The notes under the pieces: generated by a model | Database searches by the model: none | The model's input: only the letters and a program-made list of their open reading frames with translations | What the model was told of the DNA's origin: nothing | Source of the DNA: an uncultured bacterium | GTDB taxonomy: Bacteria; Patescibacteriota; Patescibacteriia; CAIQCM01 | DNA length: 64,000 bases | Reading direction: 5' to 3' | Assembly: GCA_963708045.1 (NCBI GenBank) | Contig: OY970181.1 | Location: forward strand, 67,740 to 131,739 | Part shown: piece by piece, positions 1-9,270 of the stretch | Position numbering within the stretch: the stretch's first letter is position 1 | Layout: each line of letters starts with the position of its first letter | Made by a program: the position numbers and the translations under genes

Positions 1-241
1 ACTTTGGACAACTGGACTGAGTTTTTATTACCGAACGACCAAATTTTTGACCGTCTAAACCCTAAACCCTAAACGCTATACCCTATCCTTGCCCACGAGG
101 GCACCTCCGTGCTAGGGTGAACATATAATAATGTAACTAATGGACGCCCATTTTTCCTTCTTGTGAATTCTGCAATTTTAGAGAAAATAGAACAAAATGC
201 AGTGCCGCGAGTCGCGGGGAATTTGGCGTCCCCGAATTCTT

Positions 242-1759
242 ATGACTTGGATACTTTTTTTGATCATCGGACTCTTAGCCGGCGCCTTGGTCGGTTATCT
301 AATCCGTCAAACGCTTGCAGGTAAGCGCACTGCGACCGCCGAAGCGAACGCCGAAAAGATTTTAAGCGAGGCCAAAGGCAAGGAACAACAAATTCTCCTT
401 GAAGCCAAAGAAAAAGCCATTAAGGTTTTAGACGAGGTTAAACGCGATGAACAATCGCGCCGCGTTGAGCTTTCCGAATACCAAAAAAAGCTGGAAAAAC
501 GCGAGTCGCTTTTTGACCAAAAAATTCTTGAGCTACAAACGGCGCAACAAAAAATCACCGACAAAGAAAAACAAATTGACGAAGCCAAAGCAAAAATAGA
601 CGCCATGGCCGGCGAAGAGATGAAAAAATTGGAAGCCGTTGCCAAACTTACGACCGAGGAAGCCAAAGAGCGCCTTCTTAAAATCGTTGAGGAGCGCTAC
701 CAAAACGACCTGATGTCGCGCGTCCGAAAATTAGAACAAGAAGACAGTGAAGTTTTGGAAACCAAGGCGCGGGAAATTTTGATGCCGATTATTGAACGCA
801 TGGGCGCCTCGGTCGTTTCCGACACGACGACGACCAACGTCCAACTCCCCTCGGACGACCTAAAGGGACGCATTATCGGCCGCGAAGGACGCAACATTAA
901 AGTCTTAGAATATTTGACTGGCTGCGAAATCGTCGTTGACGACACACCGGGAATGATTACCGTTTCCGGCTTCTCCCCGATTCGCCGACAAATTACCAAA
1001 CGCGCTTTGGACAAACTGCTTAAAGACGGGCGCATTCAACCAGCGCGCATTGAAGGCGCGGTTGAAGAAGCAAAAAAAGAATTGGCGTTGGATATTAAAA
1101 AGTCCGGCGAAGACGCTCTCTTTCAAGTCGGCGTTGCTGGCGTTGATCCCAAACTTGTCCAAATTTTGGGTCGCCTTAAATACCGCACCTCCTACGGACA
1201 AAACGTTCTTAACCACTCTATTGAAGTCGCTTTTATTTCCACGATGCTCGCCGAAGAGCTTGGCGCCAATGTTTCTGTGGCCAAGCGCGGCGGTCTCTTT
1301 CACGACATTGGTAAGGCCGTTGACCACGATGTCCAAGGCGGCCACCCCGAGATCGGCTACAACATTCTTAAAAAATTCGGCATGCCCGAAGAGGTTGCCT
1401 ATAACTCGCTCGGCCACCACGAAGACAAGCCGAAAACGTTGGAAGCGGAAATTGTTAAAGCTGCCGACGCCATTTCCGGCGCTCGTCCTGGCGCGCGCAA
1501 AGATTCGGTTGAACAATATGTTCAGCGTCTTGAAGATTTAGAAAAAACCGCCACTTCTTTCCCGGGCGTAGAAAAAGCGTATGCCATCCAGGCTGGCCGC
1601 GAAATTCGCGTCTTTGTAAAACCGCAGGAAATTGACGACTTTGCCGCTGTCCGCTTGGCGCAAGACGTGGCGCGAAAAATTGAAGCTGAGCTTCAATACC
1701 CTGGAGAAATTCGCGTGACAATTATCCGCGAAACACGCATTGTTGAATACGCCAAGTAA
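242..1759 (+). CDS. rny: Ribonuclease Y (N-terminal TM helix, KH domain, HD phosphohydrolase domain)
   Basis: Translation shows TM segment MTWILFLIIGLLAG, a coiled-coil, the KH-like GRIIGREGRNIK motif and HD-domain motifs (LFHDIGK ... GHHED). The ORF track spans 197..1759; the start was chosen at the Met that precedes the TM helix. Confidence 0.9.
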   Translation: MTWILFLIIGLLAGALVGYLIRQTLAGKRTATAEANAEKILSEAKGKEQQILLEAKEKAIKVLDEVKRDEQSRRVELSEYQKKLEKRESLFDQKILELQTAQQKITDKEKQIDEAKAKIDAMAGEEMKKLEAVAKLTTEEAKERLLKIVEERYQNDLMSRVRKLEQEDSEVLETKAREILMPIIERMGASVVSDTTTTNVQLPSDDLKGRIIGREGRNIKVLEYLTGCEIVVDDTPGMITVSGFSPIRRQITKRALDKLLKDGRIQPARIEGAVEEAKKELALDIKKSGEDALFQVGVAGVDPKLVQILGRLKYRTSYGQNVLNHSIEVAFISTMLAEELGANVSVAKRGGLFHDIGKAVDHDVQGGHPEIGYNILKKFGMPEEVAYNSLGHHEDKPKTLEAEIVKAADAISGARPGARKDSVEQYVQRLEDLEKTATSFPGVEKAYAIQAGREIRVFVKPQEIDDFAAVRLAQDVARKIEAELQYPGEIRVTIIRETRIVEYAK

Positions 1760-1765
1760 CGACTA

Positions 1766-1794
1766 TTGCAGGTTTGGAAAGAATTTGGTATAAT
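1766..1794 (+). promoter_or_regulatory. Sigma70-like promoter for hup (TTGCAG -17 bp- TATAAT with TG extension)
   Basis: Seen in sequence: ttgcag gtttggaaagaatttgg tataat, about 65 bp upstream of the hup start codon. Confidence 0.5.
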
Positions 1795-1859
1795 ATAGCT
1801 ATAATATATTGGATTAACGAATCCAAATAACTTAATCAATTTAAAAATTAATTAAGAAT

Positions 1860-2177
1860 ATGAATAAAGTTGACTTAGGTAATGCGATCGCCGAAAAATT
1901 CGGTCTCCCAAAAACACAGGGCGTTTCCATTGTGGAAGCGGCTGCCGAGTTTATCACCGAAGAGCTTAAAAAGGGCGGCGAAGTAACGATCGCCGGCTTT
2001 GGCCAGTTCACGTCCAAAGAACGCAAGGGTCGGATTGGCGTTAACCCACGCACCAAGGAAAAAATCACCATCCCCCCAATCCGCGTTCCTAAATTTAAAT
2101 CCGGAAAGAATTTGAAAGAAGCCTTAAAAGGCGAACGCAAACCAGCCGCCGCGCCAGCCGCCGCGCCGACGGTCTAA
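1860..2177 (+). CDS. hup: HU family DNA-binding protein
   Basis: MNKVDLGNAIAEKFGL...GFGQFTSKERKGRIGVNPRT is typical of the HU/IHF fold, with an Ala/Pro-rich C-terminal tail. Confidence 0.9.
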   Translation: MNKVDLGNAIAEKFGLPKTQGVSIVEAAAEFITEELKKGGEVTIAGFGQFTSKERKGRIGVNPRTKEKITIPPIRVPKFKSGKNLKEALKGERKPAAAPAAAPTV

Positions 2178-2219
2178 TGGCACGGGGCACTTAGCTAATA
2201 GCAAATAGAATTTTAAAAA

Positions 2220-2248
2220 CCCTCTCGCCTTCGCGAGAGGGTTTTTGG
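2220..2248 (+). terminator. Rho-independent terminator after hup
   Basis: The GC hairpin ccctctcgccttcgcgagaggg is followed by a T-run. Confidence 0.7.
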
Positions 2249-2365
2249 TTTACACGGAAGCTTTATATTACGATAGACTTAATAATACATAAAAATGAAA
2301 ATTCCCGCACGGTCAATAGAGTTTGAACTCGACCGTGCGGGAATTGTAATACGTTATGGGGCGAG

Positions 2366-2980
2366 TTAGCCAGGCATATATACAGCTGTCTCAACCTCAG
2401 GAGTTACTTTGTTATCAAGAAAGCTGTGATGCCAACTCCACTCTGTACCATCCCATAAAAGCCAGAGGCAATAGAGCTCGCTTTTGGATTCATTTTCAGG
2501 ATCAGTCCGTCGAAGCGGATCGGCATAAAAATGGATGTACCGAGGTTGGGGACCTTTGATTCCCCATTGTTCACAGAGACGATCACGGTGCGTCCAGCAA
2601 TAGTAAAAATGATTACTACCCAGACAAACAGCCTTCGCTTTCTGTAGACGAGCAACGTGCTCTTTTGTGCTGATTCCTTCTTCTTTGCCGTGGAGCGTCT
2701 TCATGAAAGAAACCTTGCTCAAATCAATCCCGAACGGAGCCTTCGTTAGAAACAGTCCAGTCAAATCAATGACCCAATTGTCTCCAACGAACTCGGCCGG
2801 ATTAAAAGGATAATCAACGCCCTGATTAATGAACCGCGCAAAAAGAGCGCCGGCTTCCTTACAACGAATGAACTCTTGTGCCCTCAACGGGTCAATGTCT
2901 TTATGCGAAACCTTCAACATGAAGGTAGCAAACAACGTGCTGAACTGTTCAATACCCATCGCATTCTCTATCGTATGCAT
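2366..2980 (-). CDS. Hypothetical protein, Cys/His/Trp-rich, about 42% GC against a 55% background
   Basis: A 204-aa ORF with no recognisable family. It is bracketed by hairpins at 2297-2335 and 3103-3135 and has lower GC than its neighbours. Confidence 0.55.
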   Translation of the reverse strand: MHTIENAMGIEQFSTLFATFMLKVSHKDIDPLRAQEFIRCKEAGALFARFINQGVDYPFNPAEFVGDNWVIDLTGLFLTKAPFGIDLSKVSFMKTLHGKEEGISTKEHVARLQKAKAVCLGSNHFYYCWTHRDRLCEQWGIKGPQPRYIHFYADPLRRTDPENESKSELYCLWLLWDGTEWSWHHSFLDNKVTPEVETAVYMPG

Positions 2981-3163
2981 GATTTCTCCTTGCTGCGGTT
3001 AGGCCGTTGCGCATAATTACGCATTGGGTTAGGCACAGCGCGATACGACCAAAGCCGCATGGCGCTGTGCCCAAAAAAATAACCAACGCCGTAACATAAC
3101 ACAAAACCCCTTGCTGGTCAAGGGGTTTTGTGGGCTTTGTTTTGTTGTGGTATGTGACGCGCG

Positions 3164-3775
3164 CTAAAACCCCAACTTCTCTTTCACCAAAATTACCGTG
3201 ATCCGGCCGTCGGTCATGTCGGAAAAAGTGATCAGCATTTTCTTAAGGTCGCTCCCTGCGTTCCCCATAGCCTTTTGATGCTTGTCTTCCATTGGCAAAG
3301 AATATTCGCGCACGCGCTTGATGCCGTCTTCAAAAGCCGGCACGATCTTTTGGCAACCGACAACAAAAATAGCGTGCGGGGAAAGCATTGCAAAGGCGGG
3401 AATTTGCGAACCAGAGTACGAACCTTGAAAAAGGATACCGTCTTCCGAAAGCGCGTGGGCGCTTGCGAGATAATAACTCGCGGCGGACGATTGTTTGCGC
3501 AAATCCATTTGCTTGGCTTGGTCTTTTTCCGAAAAAATTTTATCTTTCCAATTAACCCAACCGTTTTTCCCCGACTTGAGCAAATCGGAAAACCCGATTT
3601 CTTCCAACGTCACCGAGCCGCCAGTCATTACGTCGGCGCCCGTTGGAATTATTTCTTTAAGTTTCGCGAGCGCTTCGGCGCGACTTGTGACGACCGCGAC
3701 GTTATATTTCTTCGCGGTCAAAGCGGCCGCCGTCTTGTTGATCGCCTCTTCCGAGGCAAGGGTGTCGTAAGACAT
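3164..3775 (-). CDS. LUD-domain (LutC/YkgG-like) protein
   Basis: The protein is about 200 aa. Its architecture resembles DUF162/LUD-domain proteins (MSYDTLASEEAINKTAAAL ... GADVMTGGSVTLEE). This is a family-level call from memory. Confidence 0.5.
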   Translation of the reverse strand: MSYDTLASEEAINKTAAALTAKKYNVAVVTSRAEALAKLKEIIPTGADVMTGGSVTLEEIGFSDLLKSGKNGWVNWKDKIFSEKDQAKQMDLRKQSSAASYYLASAHALSEDGILFQGSYSGSQIPAFAMLSPHAIFVVGCQKIVPAFEDGIKRVREYSLPMEDKHQKAMGNAGSDLKKMLITFSDMTDGRITVILVKEKLGF

Positions 3776-3791
3776 ATTTAAAAAATATTTA

Positions 3792-3986
3792 ATATCTAAT
3801 GTCTAATATCTAATCCGACGACAGAGCACCGCATCAAATCTGTCATTGCGAGGAGTGAGTGGTAACGAATGACGCGGCAATCTCGCGAATATTGCAACCA
3901 TGGTGATATTCCGATGAGATTGCCGCGCTACCGCTCGCAATGACATTAAAAAAACTAAACGCTATACGCTAAACCCTAAACGCTAG
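3792..3986. mobile_element. MITE-like element: heptamer-repeat TIR (atctaat x3) + inverted pair of 'tgtcattgcgag...gcggcaatctc' palindromic units + ccctaaa/cgctaaa heptamer tail
   Basis: Seen in sequence. The left arm is atctaatgtctaatatctaatccgacg. Unit A (3839-3890) and the reverse complement of unit B (3895-3950) are near-identical. The right flank is ctaaacgctatacgctaaaccctaaacgctag. Confidence 0.6.
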
Positions 3987-5266
3987 TGATGATGTTCTTC
4001 CCCACAATCGCAGCCGCCAAAATATGATTCTAATTCTTTACCTAAATCTTTTATTTTAACCATTTTGGCGACGCCCGAGGCGCGGTCTTTTATTTCAACG
4101 GCATCTTCCTTTAGAGTTTTTTCGGAAATAATAATGCGCTTGGGAATACCAATCAGATCGGCGTCGGCGAACTTCTCCCCCGCTCCGCGGTCTTCGCGAT
4201 CGTCATAGAGAACATCCAAGCCGGTTTGCATTAACGCACCATAAAGCGACATCGCTTCTTCTCGCACTTTTTCATCTTTGCTTTTTATTTCAATCAAATG
4301 CAAATCAAATGGCGTAATCGCAGCCGGCCACTTCAAACCATTAGCATCGTTATAAATTTCGGCAATCGTGCCCATCACGCGTGACGGACCAATGCCATAG
4401 CAACCCATCATTACCGGCTGCAACTTACCGGCTTCGTCGGGATATTTAAAACCAAACGGCTCGGTATATTTAGTCTTTAACTTAAAGATATTACCGACTT
4501 CAATTGCTTTTCCTTCGGCAATGACGCCGTCTTTGCATTTCGGACATTTGTCGTCAGCCGCGACTTCGGTAATTTCTTTGTTCTGAGCGTAACGGCACGA
4601 CTTGCAGTAAAAAATCAAATCCTCGCCCGACTCGGTCAGCACCTGAAATTCGTGCGAATATTTTGCAAATGATCCGCCCGACGCTTCAACTAAATACGCA
4701 TCAAGACCGCAGCGCTTGTAAACATTATTGTAAGCAAGAATTGCGCGTTCGTAGAAAGCGTCAAGATCGGCTTCGTCGCGATGAAAGCTGTAAAGATCCT
4801 TCATTGAAAATTCGCGACCGCGAAGCAAACCCGCCTTGGCGCGCGCTTCATTTCTAAATTTATTTTGAATCTGGTAAACCGCGAGCGGCAGGTCTTTGTA
4901 CGACTTAACAAACTTTTGCACGAGCGGGGTGATAATTTCTTCGTGCGTCCAACCAAGCCCGTATTCTTTGTCGCCGTGGCCCTTTAAGTGAAAGAAAACG
5001 TCCTCATCCCAGCGACCAGAGATTTTCCAAGGCTCTTTAGGGGTCAAAGCCGGCAAAGCAACTTCTTCACCGCCAAGCGCGTTCATTTCCTCGCGAATAA
5101 TATTTTTTATTTTGTCGTGAACACGGAGCCCGAGCGGCAAAAAGCTGTACACACCAGCCGTAAGCTGATCAACAAACCCAGCCTTGGTTAAAAGCTCGGC
5201 ATTTTTTGATTCTAATTCAGCAGAAACGTTCTTTACGGTTTTTCCAAAAAGTTTTGAGTACAACAT
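3983..5266 (-). CDS. proS: Prolyl-tRNA synthetase (short form, no editing domain)
   Basis: Class II aaRS motifs are present, the anticodon-binding domain is C-terminal, and a Cys/His-rich zinc tail (CDCGEEHHH) closes the protein. Length is 427 aa. Confidence 0.85.
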   Translation of the reverse strand: MLYSKLFGKTVKNVSAELESKNAELLTKAGFVDQLTAGVYSFLPLGLRVHDKIKNIIREEMNALGGEEVALPALTPKEPWKISGRWDEDVFFHLKGHGDKEYGLGWTHEEIITPLVQKFVKSYKDLPLAVYQIQNKFRNEARAKAGLLRGREFSMKDLYSFHRDEADLDAFYERAILAYNNVYKRCGLDAYLVEASGGSFAKYSHEFQVLTESGEDLIFYCKSCRYAQNKEITEVAADDKCPKCKDGVIAEGKAIEVGNIFKLKTKYTEPFGFKYPDEAGKLQPVMMGCYGIGPSRVMGTIAEIYNDANGLKWPAAITPFDLHLIEIKSKDEKVREEAMSLYGALMQTGLDVLYDDREDRGAGEKFADADLIGIPKRIIISEKTLKEDAVEIKDRASGVAKMVKIKDLGKELESYFGGCDCGEEHHH

Positions 5267-5270
5267 TTTT

Positions 5271-5382
5271 TAGGGGTTAGGGTTTAGGGGCTAGGGGTTA
5301 GTTTATGAAACATGAAACACACAGCACGAAGCATTATTACCACCCCAATATCCATTGGAGTGGCTAGATGTTTCATAGTTCA
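5271..5382. repeat. Intergenic repeat: ccctaaa-type heptamer array (reverse orientation) followed by an atgaaac-heptamer inverted-repeat hairpin
   Basis: taggggttagggtttaggggctaggggttag, then tttatgaaacatgaaacac ... gatgtttcatagttcat. Confidence 0.6.
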
Positions 5383-5474
5383 TTAAATTACCCTTTTTAT
5401 GGTTTTTTGTAAACAAAAGCCGATTGCTTTCGCGATCGGCTTTTGTTTGTGTGTTTTAAATAAAAAATCTTAAA

Positions 5475-7277
5475 TTATTCTTTATTGCTCCGCTTGCGCT
5501 CAAGGTGATCCAAAATTGCCTTACGAATGCGGATAGACTTTGGCGTGGCTTCAACGAGTTCGTCGTCGCCAATGTATTCCAAGGCATCTTCAAGTTCCAT
5601 TGTTCGCGGCGTGTCCAATTTTTCTTGTCCGCCGTCGCCCTTGGAGCGCATATTGGACAAACGTTTTTCTTTGCAAACGTTGACTTCAATATCTTCGGGT
5701 TTGGCGTTTTGTCCGACGACCATTCCCCCGTAAACCTCAACGCCCGGACCGATAAATAACTGTCCGCGTTCTTGCGCCGCCACCATTCCGTAAGTAATGG
5801 ACGTTCCGGCTTCGTAAGCAACGAGCGAGCCGTGTTCAATGCCAGAAAAGTCGCCGCGGTATGGTTCATAACCCAAGAAAAGCGAGTTAATGATGCCAAG
5901 TCCTTTGGTGTCAGTTAAAAATTCATTACGGTAACCAATAAGACCACGCGTCGGGATCGTAAATTCCAAAAAGGTCGTGCCGCGTTCAACCTTCATATCT
6001 TTCATTTCACCGCGGCGCTTGCCCATTTTTTCAATTACCGATCCGGAAAAAGCTTCGGGTGCTTCAATAAAGACTTGTTCCACTGGCTCCGAAGTGACAC
6101 CGTTAATTTCTTTTAAAATCACTTGCGGGCGCGAGACTTGCAATTCAAAACCTTCGCGACGCATTTTTTCAATCAAGATCGCGAGGTGTAATTCGCCGCG
6201 GCCAGACACAACAAAGTGGTCGGCGGAGTCGCCTGGCGCGACGCGCAAAGCAACGTCGGTCTGAAGTTCGCGTTCCAAACGATCTTTAATATTTCGGGAG
6301 GTCGTGTATTTTCCTTCTTTGCCCGAGAACGGCGAAGTGTTGATACCGAAAGTCATTTTAACCGTCGGCTCTTCAATCGCGATTGGCGGAAGTGGGGTTG
6401 GACTTTCAATGTCAGTGATTGATTCGCCAATGGAAATATCGGTAATGCCGGCAATGGCAATAATGTCCCCTGGGACGGCGGCTTCGGTTTCAAGGCGACC
6501 AAGCCCGTCATAAGTCATAACCGAAGTAAGACGAACTTTGGCCGAAGAACCATCGCGGCGCACGTGCAAAACTTCCTGACCCTTTTTAAGCGATCCGGCA
6601 TAAAGACGACCAACGGCAATTTTGCCAATGTAGTTGTCGTAAGCAAGCGACACGGCCAAGTACTGTAACTTAACATTTGGCAACACTGGCGCGGGAATTG
6701 ATTTTAAAATGGTTTCAAAAACCGGAACCACATCGGTCATTTTGGATAGATCCGGTTCTAAGCCGGCTTTGCCCTGTTTGGCCGAAGCATAAATAATCGG
6801 AAAATCGGTTTGTTCGTCGGAGGCACCCAAAGAAACAAAGAGGTCAAAAGTTTTATCCAAAACCCATTCAACGCGCGCGTCGGGTTTGTCAATTTTATTG
6901 ATAACAACAATAACTTTGTGACCAGCGGCAATCGCCTTTTTTAAAACGAATTTAGTCTGCGGCATTGGCCCTTCTTTGGCATCCACGAGCAAAAGCACGC
7001 CGTCAACCATTCGCATAATGCGCTCCACTTCGCCGCCAAAGTCGGCGTGACCAGGCGTGTCCACAATATTGATCTTAAAATCTTTATAATGAATAGCCGC
7101 GTTTTTTGAAAAAATCGTAATACCGCGTTCGCGCTCCAATTCGTTGGAGTCCATAATCAGGTCGGAAACGGCATCTTGTTTAATCTTAAAATCAGCTGAC
7201 TGCTTTAAAAGCGCGTCAACGAGCGTTGTCTTTCCATGGTCTACGTGAGCGATGATGGCGATGTTTCTTATTTCCAT
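5475..7277 (-). CDS. typA: Translational GTPase TypA/BipA
   Basis: MEIRNIAIIAHVDHGKTTLVDALL carries the G1-G4 GTPase motifs. The protein is 600 aa with EF-G-like domains. Confidence 0.92.
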   Translation of the reverse strand: MEIRNIAIIAHVDHGKTTLVDALLKQSADFKIKQDAVSDLIMDSNELERERGITIFSKNAAIHYKDFKINIVDTPGHADFGGEVERIMRMVDGVLLLVDAKEGPMPQTKFVLKKAIAAGHKVIVVINKIDKPDARVEWVLDKTFDLFVSLGASDEQTDFPIIYASAKQGKAGLEPDLSKMTDVVPVFETILKSIPAPVLPNVKLQYLAVSLAYDNYIGKIAVGRLYAGSLKKGQEVLHVRRDGSSAKVRLTSVMTYDGLGRLETEAAVPGDIIAIAGITDISIGESITDIESPTPLPPIAIEEPTVKMTFGINTSPFSGKEGKYTTSRNIKDRLERELQTDVALRVAPGDSADHFVVSGRGELHLAILIEKMRREGFELQVSRPQVILKEINGVTSEPVEQVFIEAPEAFSGSVIEKMGKRRGEMKDMKVERGTTFLEFTIPTRGLIGYRNEFLTDTKGLGIINSLFLGYEPYRGDFSGIEHGSLVAYEAGTSITYGMVAAQERGQLFIGPGVEVYGGMVVGQNAKPEDIEVNVCKEKRLSNMRSKGDGGQEKLDTPRTMELEDALEYIGDDELVEATPKSIRIRKAILDHLERKRSNKE

Positions 7278-7369
7278 AATGAATAAGTTTTATAGAAAAA
7301 ATCCCGCAAGGCGGGACTTTTTCCGAACATAAAGATAGATTAACCTATTTTTAGCCAAATGTCAACTAT

Positions 7370-7963
7370 TTACCGGGTAGCGAGGTCGGCTGTCTTTCCA
7401 GTCGTTAGATCGTACGTCCAAACGTGAAAAGCCGTTTCATTCCCTTTTACCCCAGAAATTACATAAACTGTGCTCCCCGAACTTGCGAGATATGCCGCGA
7501 TAATAGGAGCATAGACCTTATCTTTAACTTCAAAAGAGGTGCGAATACTTTCAAGAATAACCTTTTTGCTCCCATCAGCTGTCGTACAGACAAGTTTGGC
7601 ATCGCCGTTCTTGTCGCCGCTTATATTTTCCGCGTTGCAGGAAGAAATTTTACCAGCGGCGTCGGTACGATTTTTTTCATACAAATTAATTTTGCTTTGC
7701 AAACCGCTCATCCGATGATTTACCGTTTGCAACTGATTGCCGGCGTAGGCGGTATAGCGAACAGCTTGCGTGGTTTTAAAATAAAAAAGTACCGAAGCGG
7801 CAAGCGAGACAAGCGTCACTAAAACCAAAATAAGCGCGCCCATTGTAAAGCCGCCGCGCCCTTCTGGAAGCGAAAGAACGGTCTTGGCCGCGGGCAAGGC
7901 CGCTGGCTCGTTGACCTTGGCCAAAAGTTTTACTTTTTTAACTACTTTTTTCATAATGAACAA
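7370..7963 (-). CDS. Pilin-like/pseudopilin-like secreted protein (possible start at 7954)
   Basis: The N-terminus has the basic stretch KKVVKKVK, then GRGGFTMGALILVLVTLV, which resembles a prepilin leader plus hydrophobic helix but lacks the canonical E5. Confidence 0.5.
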   Translation of the reverse strand: MFIMKKVVKKVKLLAKVNEPAALPAAKTVLSLPEGRGGFTMGALILVLVTLVSLAASVLFYFKTTQAVRYTAYAGNQLQTVNHRMSGLQSKINLYEKNRTDAAGKISSCNAENISGDKNGDAKLVCTTADGSKKVILESIRTSFEVKDKVYAPIIAAYLASSGSTVYVISGVKGNETAFHVWTYDLTTGKTADLATR

Positions 7964-7978
7964 TTAATATTTTTTGAT

Positions 7979-8263
7979 TTATTTGTTAAGGGAATTTAAT
8001 TGGTCTAAAACAATTCCGTTACTTACGCGCAATTCCACATTGTCCACATAATTTTTTATTTCAGTAACATCAGACTGAAGCGCGGCATCGTAAAGCAAAA
8101 TAGAACCGAGCGCCTGCGACGACAAAACGGAAAAAAATAAAGTTAAGACGGCGGCAAACAAAAATAAAATCTCCGCGTCGGTGTGATAATGTTTTAATTT
8201 TTTAACGGGCATTTTAAGCACAAGTGCTTTCTTTGCCGTCGGTTTTCGTAAGGTGCGTTTCAT
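7979..8263 (-). CDS. Small membrane protein (hypothetical)
   Basis: A 94-aa ORF with a basic N-terminus and one TM helix (ILFLFAAVLTLFFSVL). Confidence 0.45.
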   Translation of the reverse strand: MKRTLRKPTAKKALVLKMPVKKLKHYHTDAEILFLFAAVLTLFFSVLSSQALGSILLYDAALQSDVTEIKNYVDNVELRVSNGIVLDQLNSLNK

Positions 8264-8365
8264 AAAAAACTAATTAAGAATTTATTATACACCTAAATTA
8301 TGGCTCTTGAAAGAGAAACAGGTTTCTGCTACATTATGAAGGTCTTAACAAGGCCTTTTATTTTT

Positions 8366-8437
8366 GCGCCCTTAGTGAAATGGATATCACGGCAGGCTTC
8401 GAACCTGCTATTGGGGGTTCGAATCCCTCAGGGCGCA
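8366..8437 (+). tRNA. tRNA-Arg (anticodon TCG)
   Basis: Cloverleaf folded by hand: acceptor gcgccct/agggcgc, D-stem gtga/tcac, anticodon stem gcagg/cctgc with loop cttcgaa, and T-arm ggggg-ttcgaat-ccctc. Confidence 0.85.
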
Positions 8438-8765
8438 GAGGCTAGAGCCGTATCGCGGCTTTGACCTCTGCGCAGTTATGGTGGTCGGTATCGGCGCTAT
8501 CGCTTGATACCAACCCTAGCTCGGAGAAAGTGCAAAACGGTGCGCGATCAAATTGTTTCACAATTAACCTTTGTCGCCGTCTGTTATTAGCTCGAATACG
8601 ATTCGGCTAATAACAGCCGTCAACAAAGTAAAATCACTGCGGTGATTTTGATCGCACACCATTTTGTACTTTCAGTCACTCACAACGGGGTCCGTATCGT
8701 TGATACGATACCGGCCCTCGTTCGGAAAAAAAGTAAAAACACTTTTACTTTTTGTTCCTCACTTC

Positions 8766-8838
8766 GGGTCGGTAGCTCAGCCGGTAGAGCGGAGGACTCT
8801 TAATCCTTAGGTCGTGGGTTCAATCCCCACCCGACCCA
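8766..8838 (+). tRNA. tRNA-Lys (anticodon CTT)
   Basis: Acceptor gggtcgg/ccgaccc, D-stem gctc/gagc, anticodon stem gagga/tcctt with loop ctcttaa, and T-arm gtggg-ttcaatc-cccac. Confidence 0.9.
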
Positions 8839-8844
8839 TAAAAA

Positions 8845-8878
8845 ATATCCCACACTTTCGTGTGGGATATTTTTTATT
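8845..8878 (+). terminator. Rho-independent terminator after tRNA-Lys
   Basis: The hairpin atatcccacactttcgtgtgggatat is followed by tttttattt. Confidence 0.75.
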
Positions 8879-8904
8879 TATTTGATTGTGGGAACGAAAG
8901 AAAA

Positions 8905-9185
8905 CTAAATCAGTAACGAACTCCCCCTACCCCCCCGATGGCCATCGGGGGGCTAAGACTGGTTACAGATTTCATGTCTACCAATGTGCAAAGAGAGGGC
9001 GAGGATAAAATTCTAAAATACAATCTTTTTTACAAAGACAGTGACAAAGGCACGAAAAATCTTAGGCCTCCCTTTGGTAAAAGGGAGGGTAGGGAGAGTT
9101 CTTTTTTATTACGTTAAAATTATTTACGGCGAAACGAACTCCCCCTACCCCCTCTTTTGCAAAGAGTGGGCTAAGACATTACCAG
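8905..9185. repeat. Two direct copies of the 'cgaaacgaactccccctaccccc...gggctaagac' repeat flanking a 'cctccctttggtaaaagggagggt' terminator-like hairpin
   Basis: Seen in sequence at 8910-8960 and 9125-9180. A related copy sits at 46795-46880 with the same hairpin family at 46740-46766. Confidence 0.6.
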
Positions 9186-9270
9186 ACATATGATTATTGA
9201 CTTTTTATAAAAATAAACTTAAAGTCTTCTCAGTCAAAGCATCATTAACAATCAGCAGAAAGGCCAACCA

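Noticed and set aside
307-1721. Multiple antisense or alternative-frame ORFs inside rny (307..666-, 697..1035-, 905..1516-, 1050..1541+, 1455..1721-)
   Set aside because: They are fully embedded in a well-supported conserved gene. They have no RBS context and are low-complexity translations, so they are spurious.
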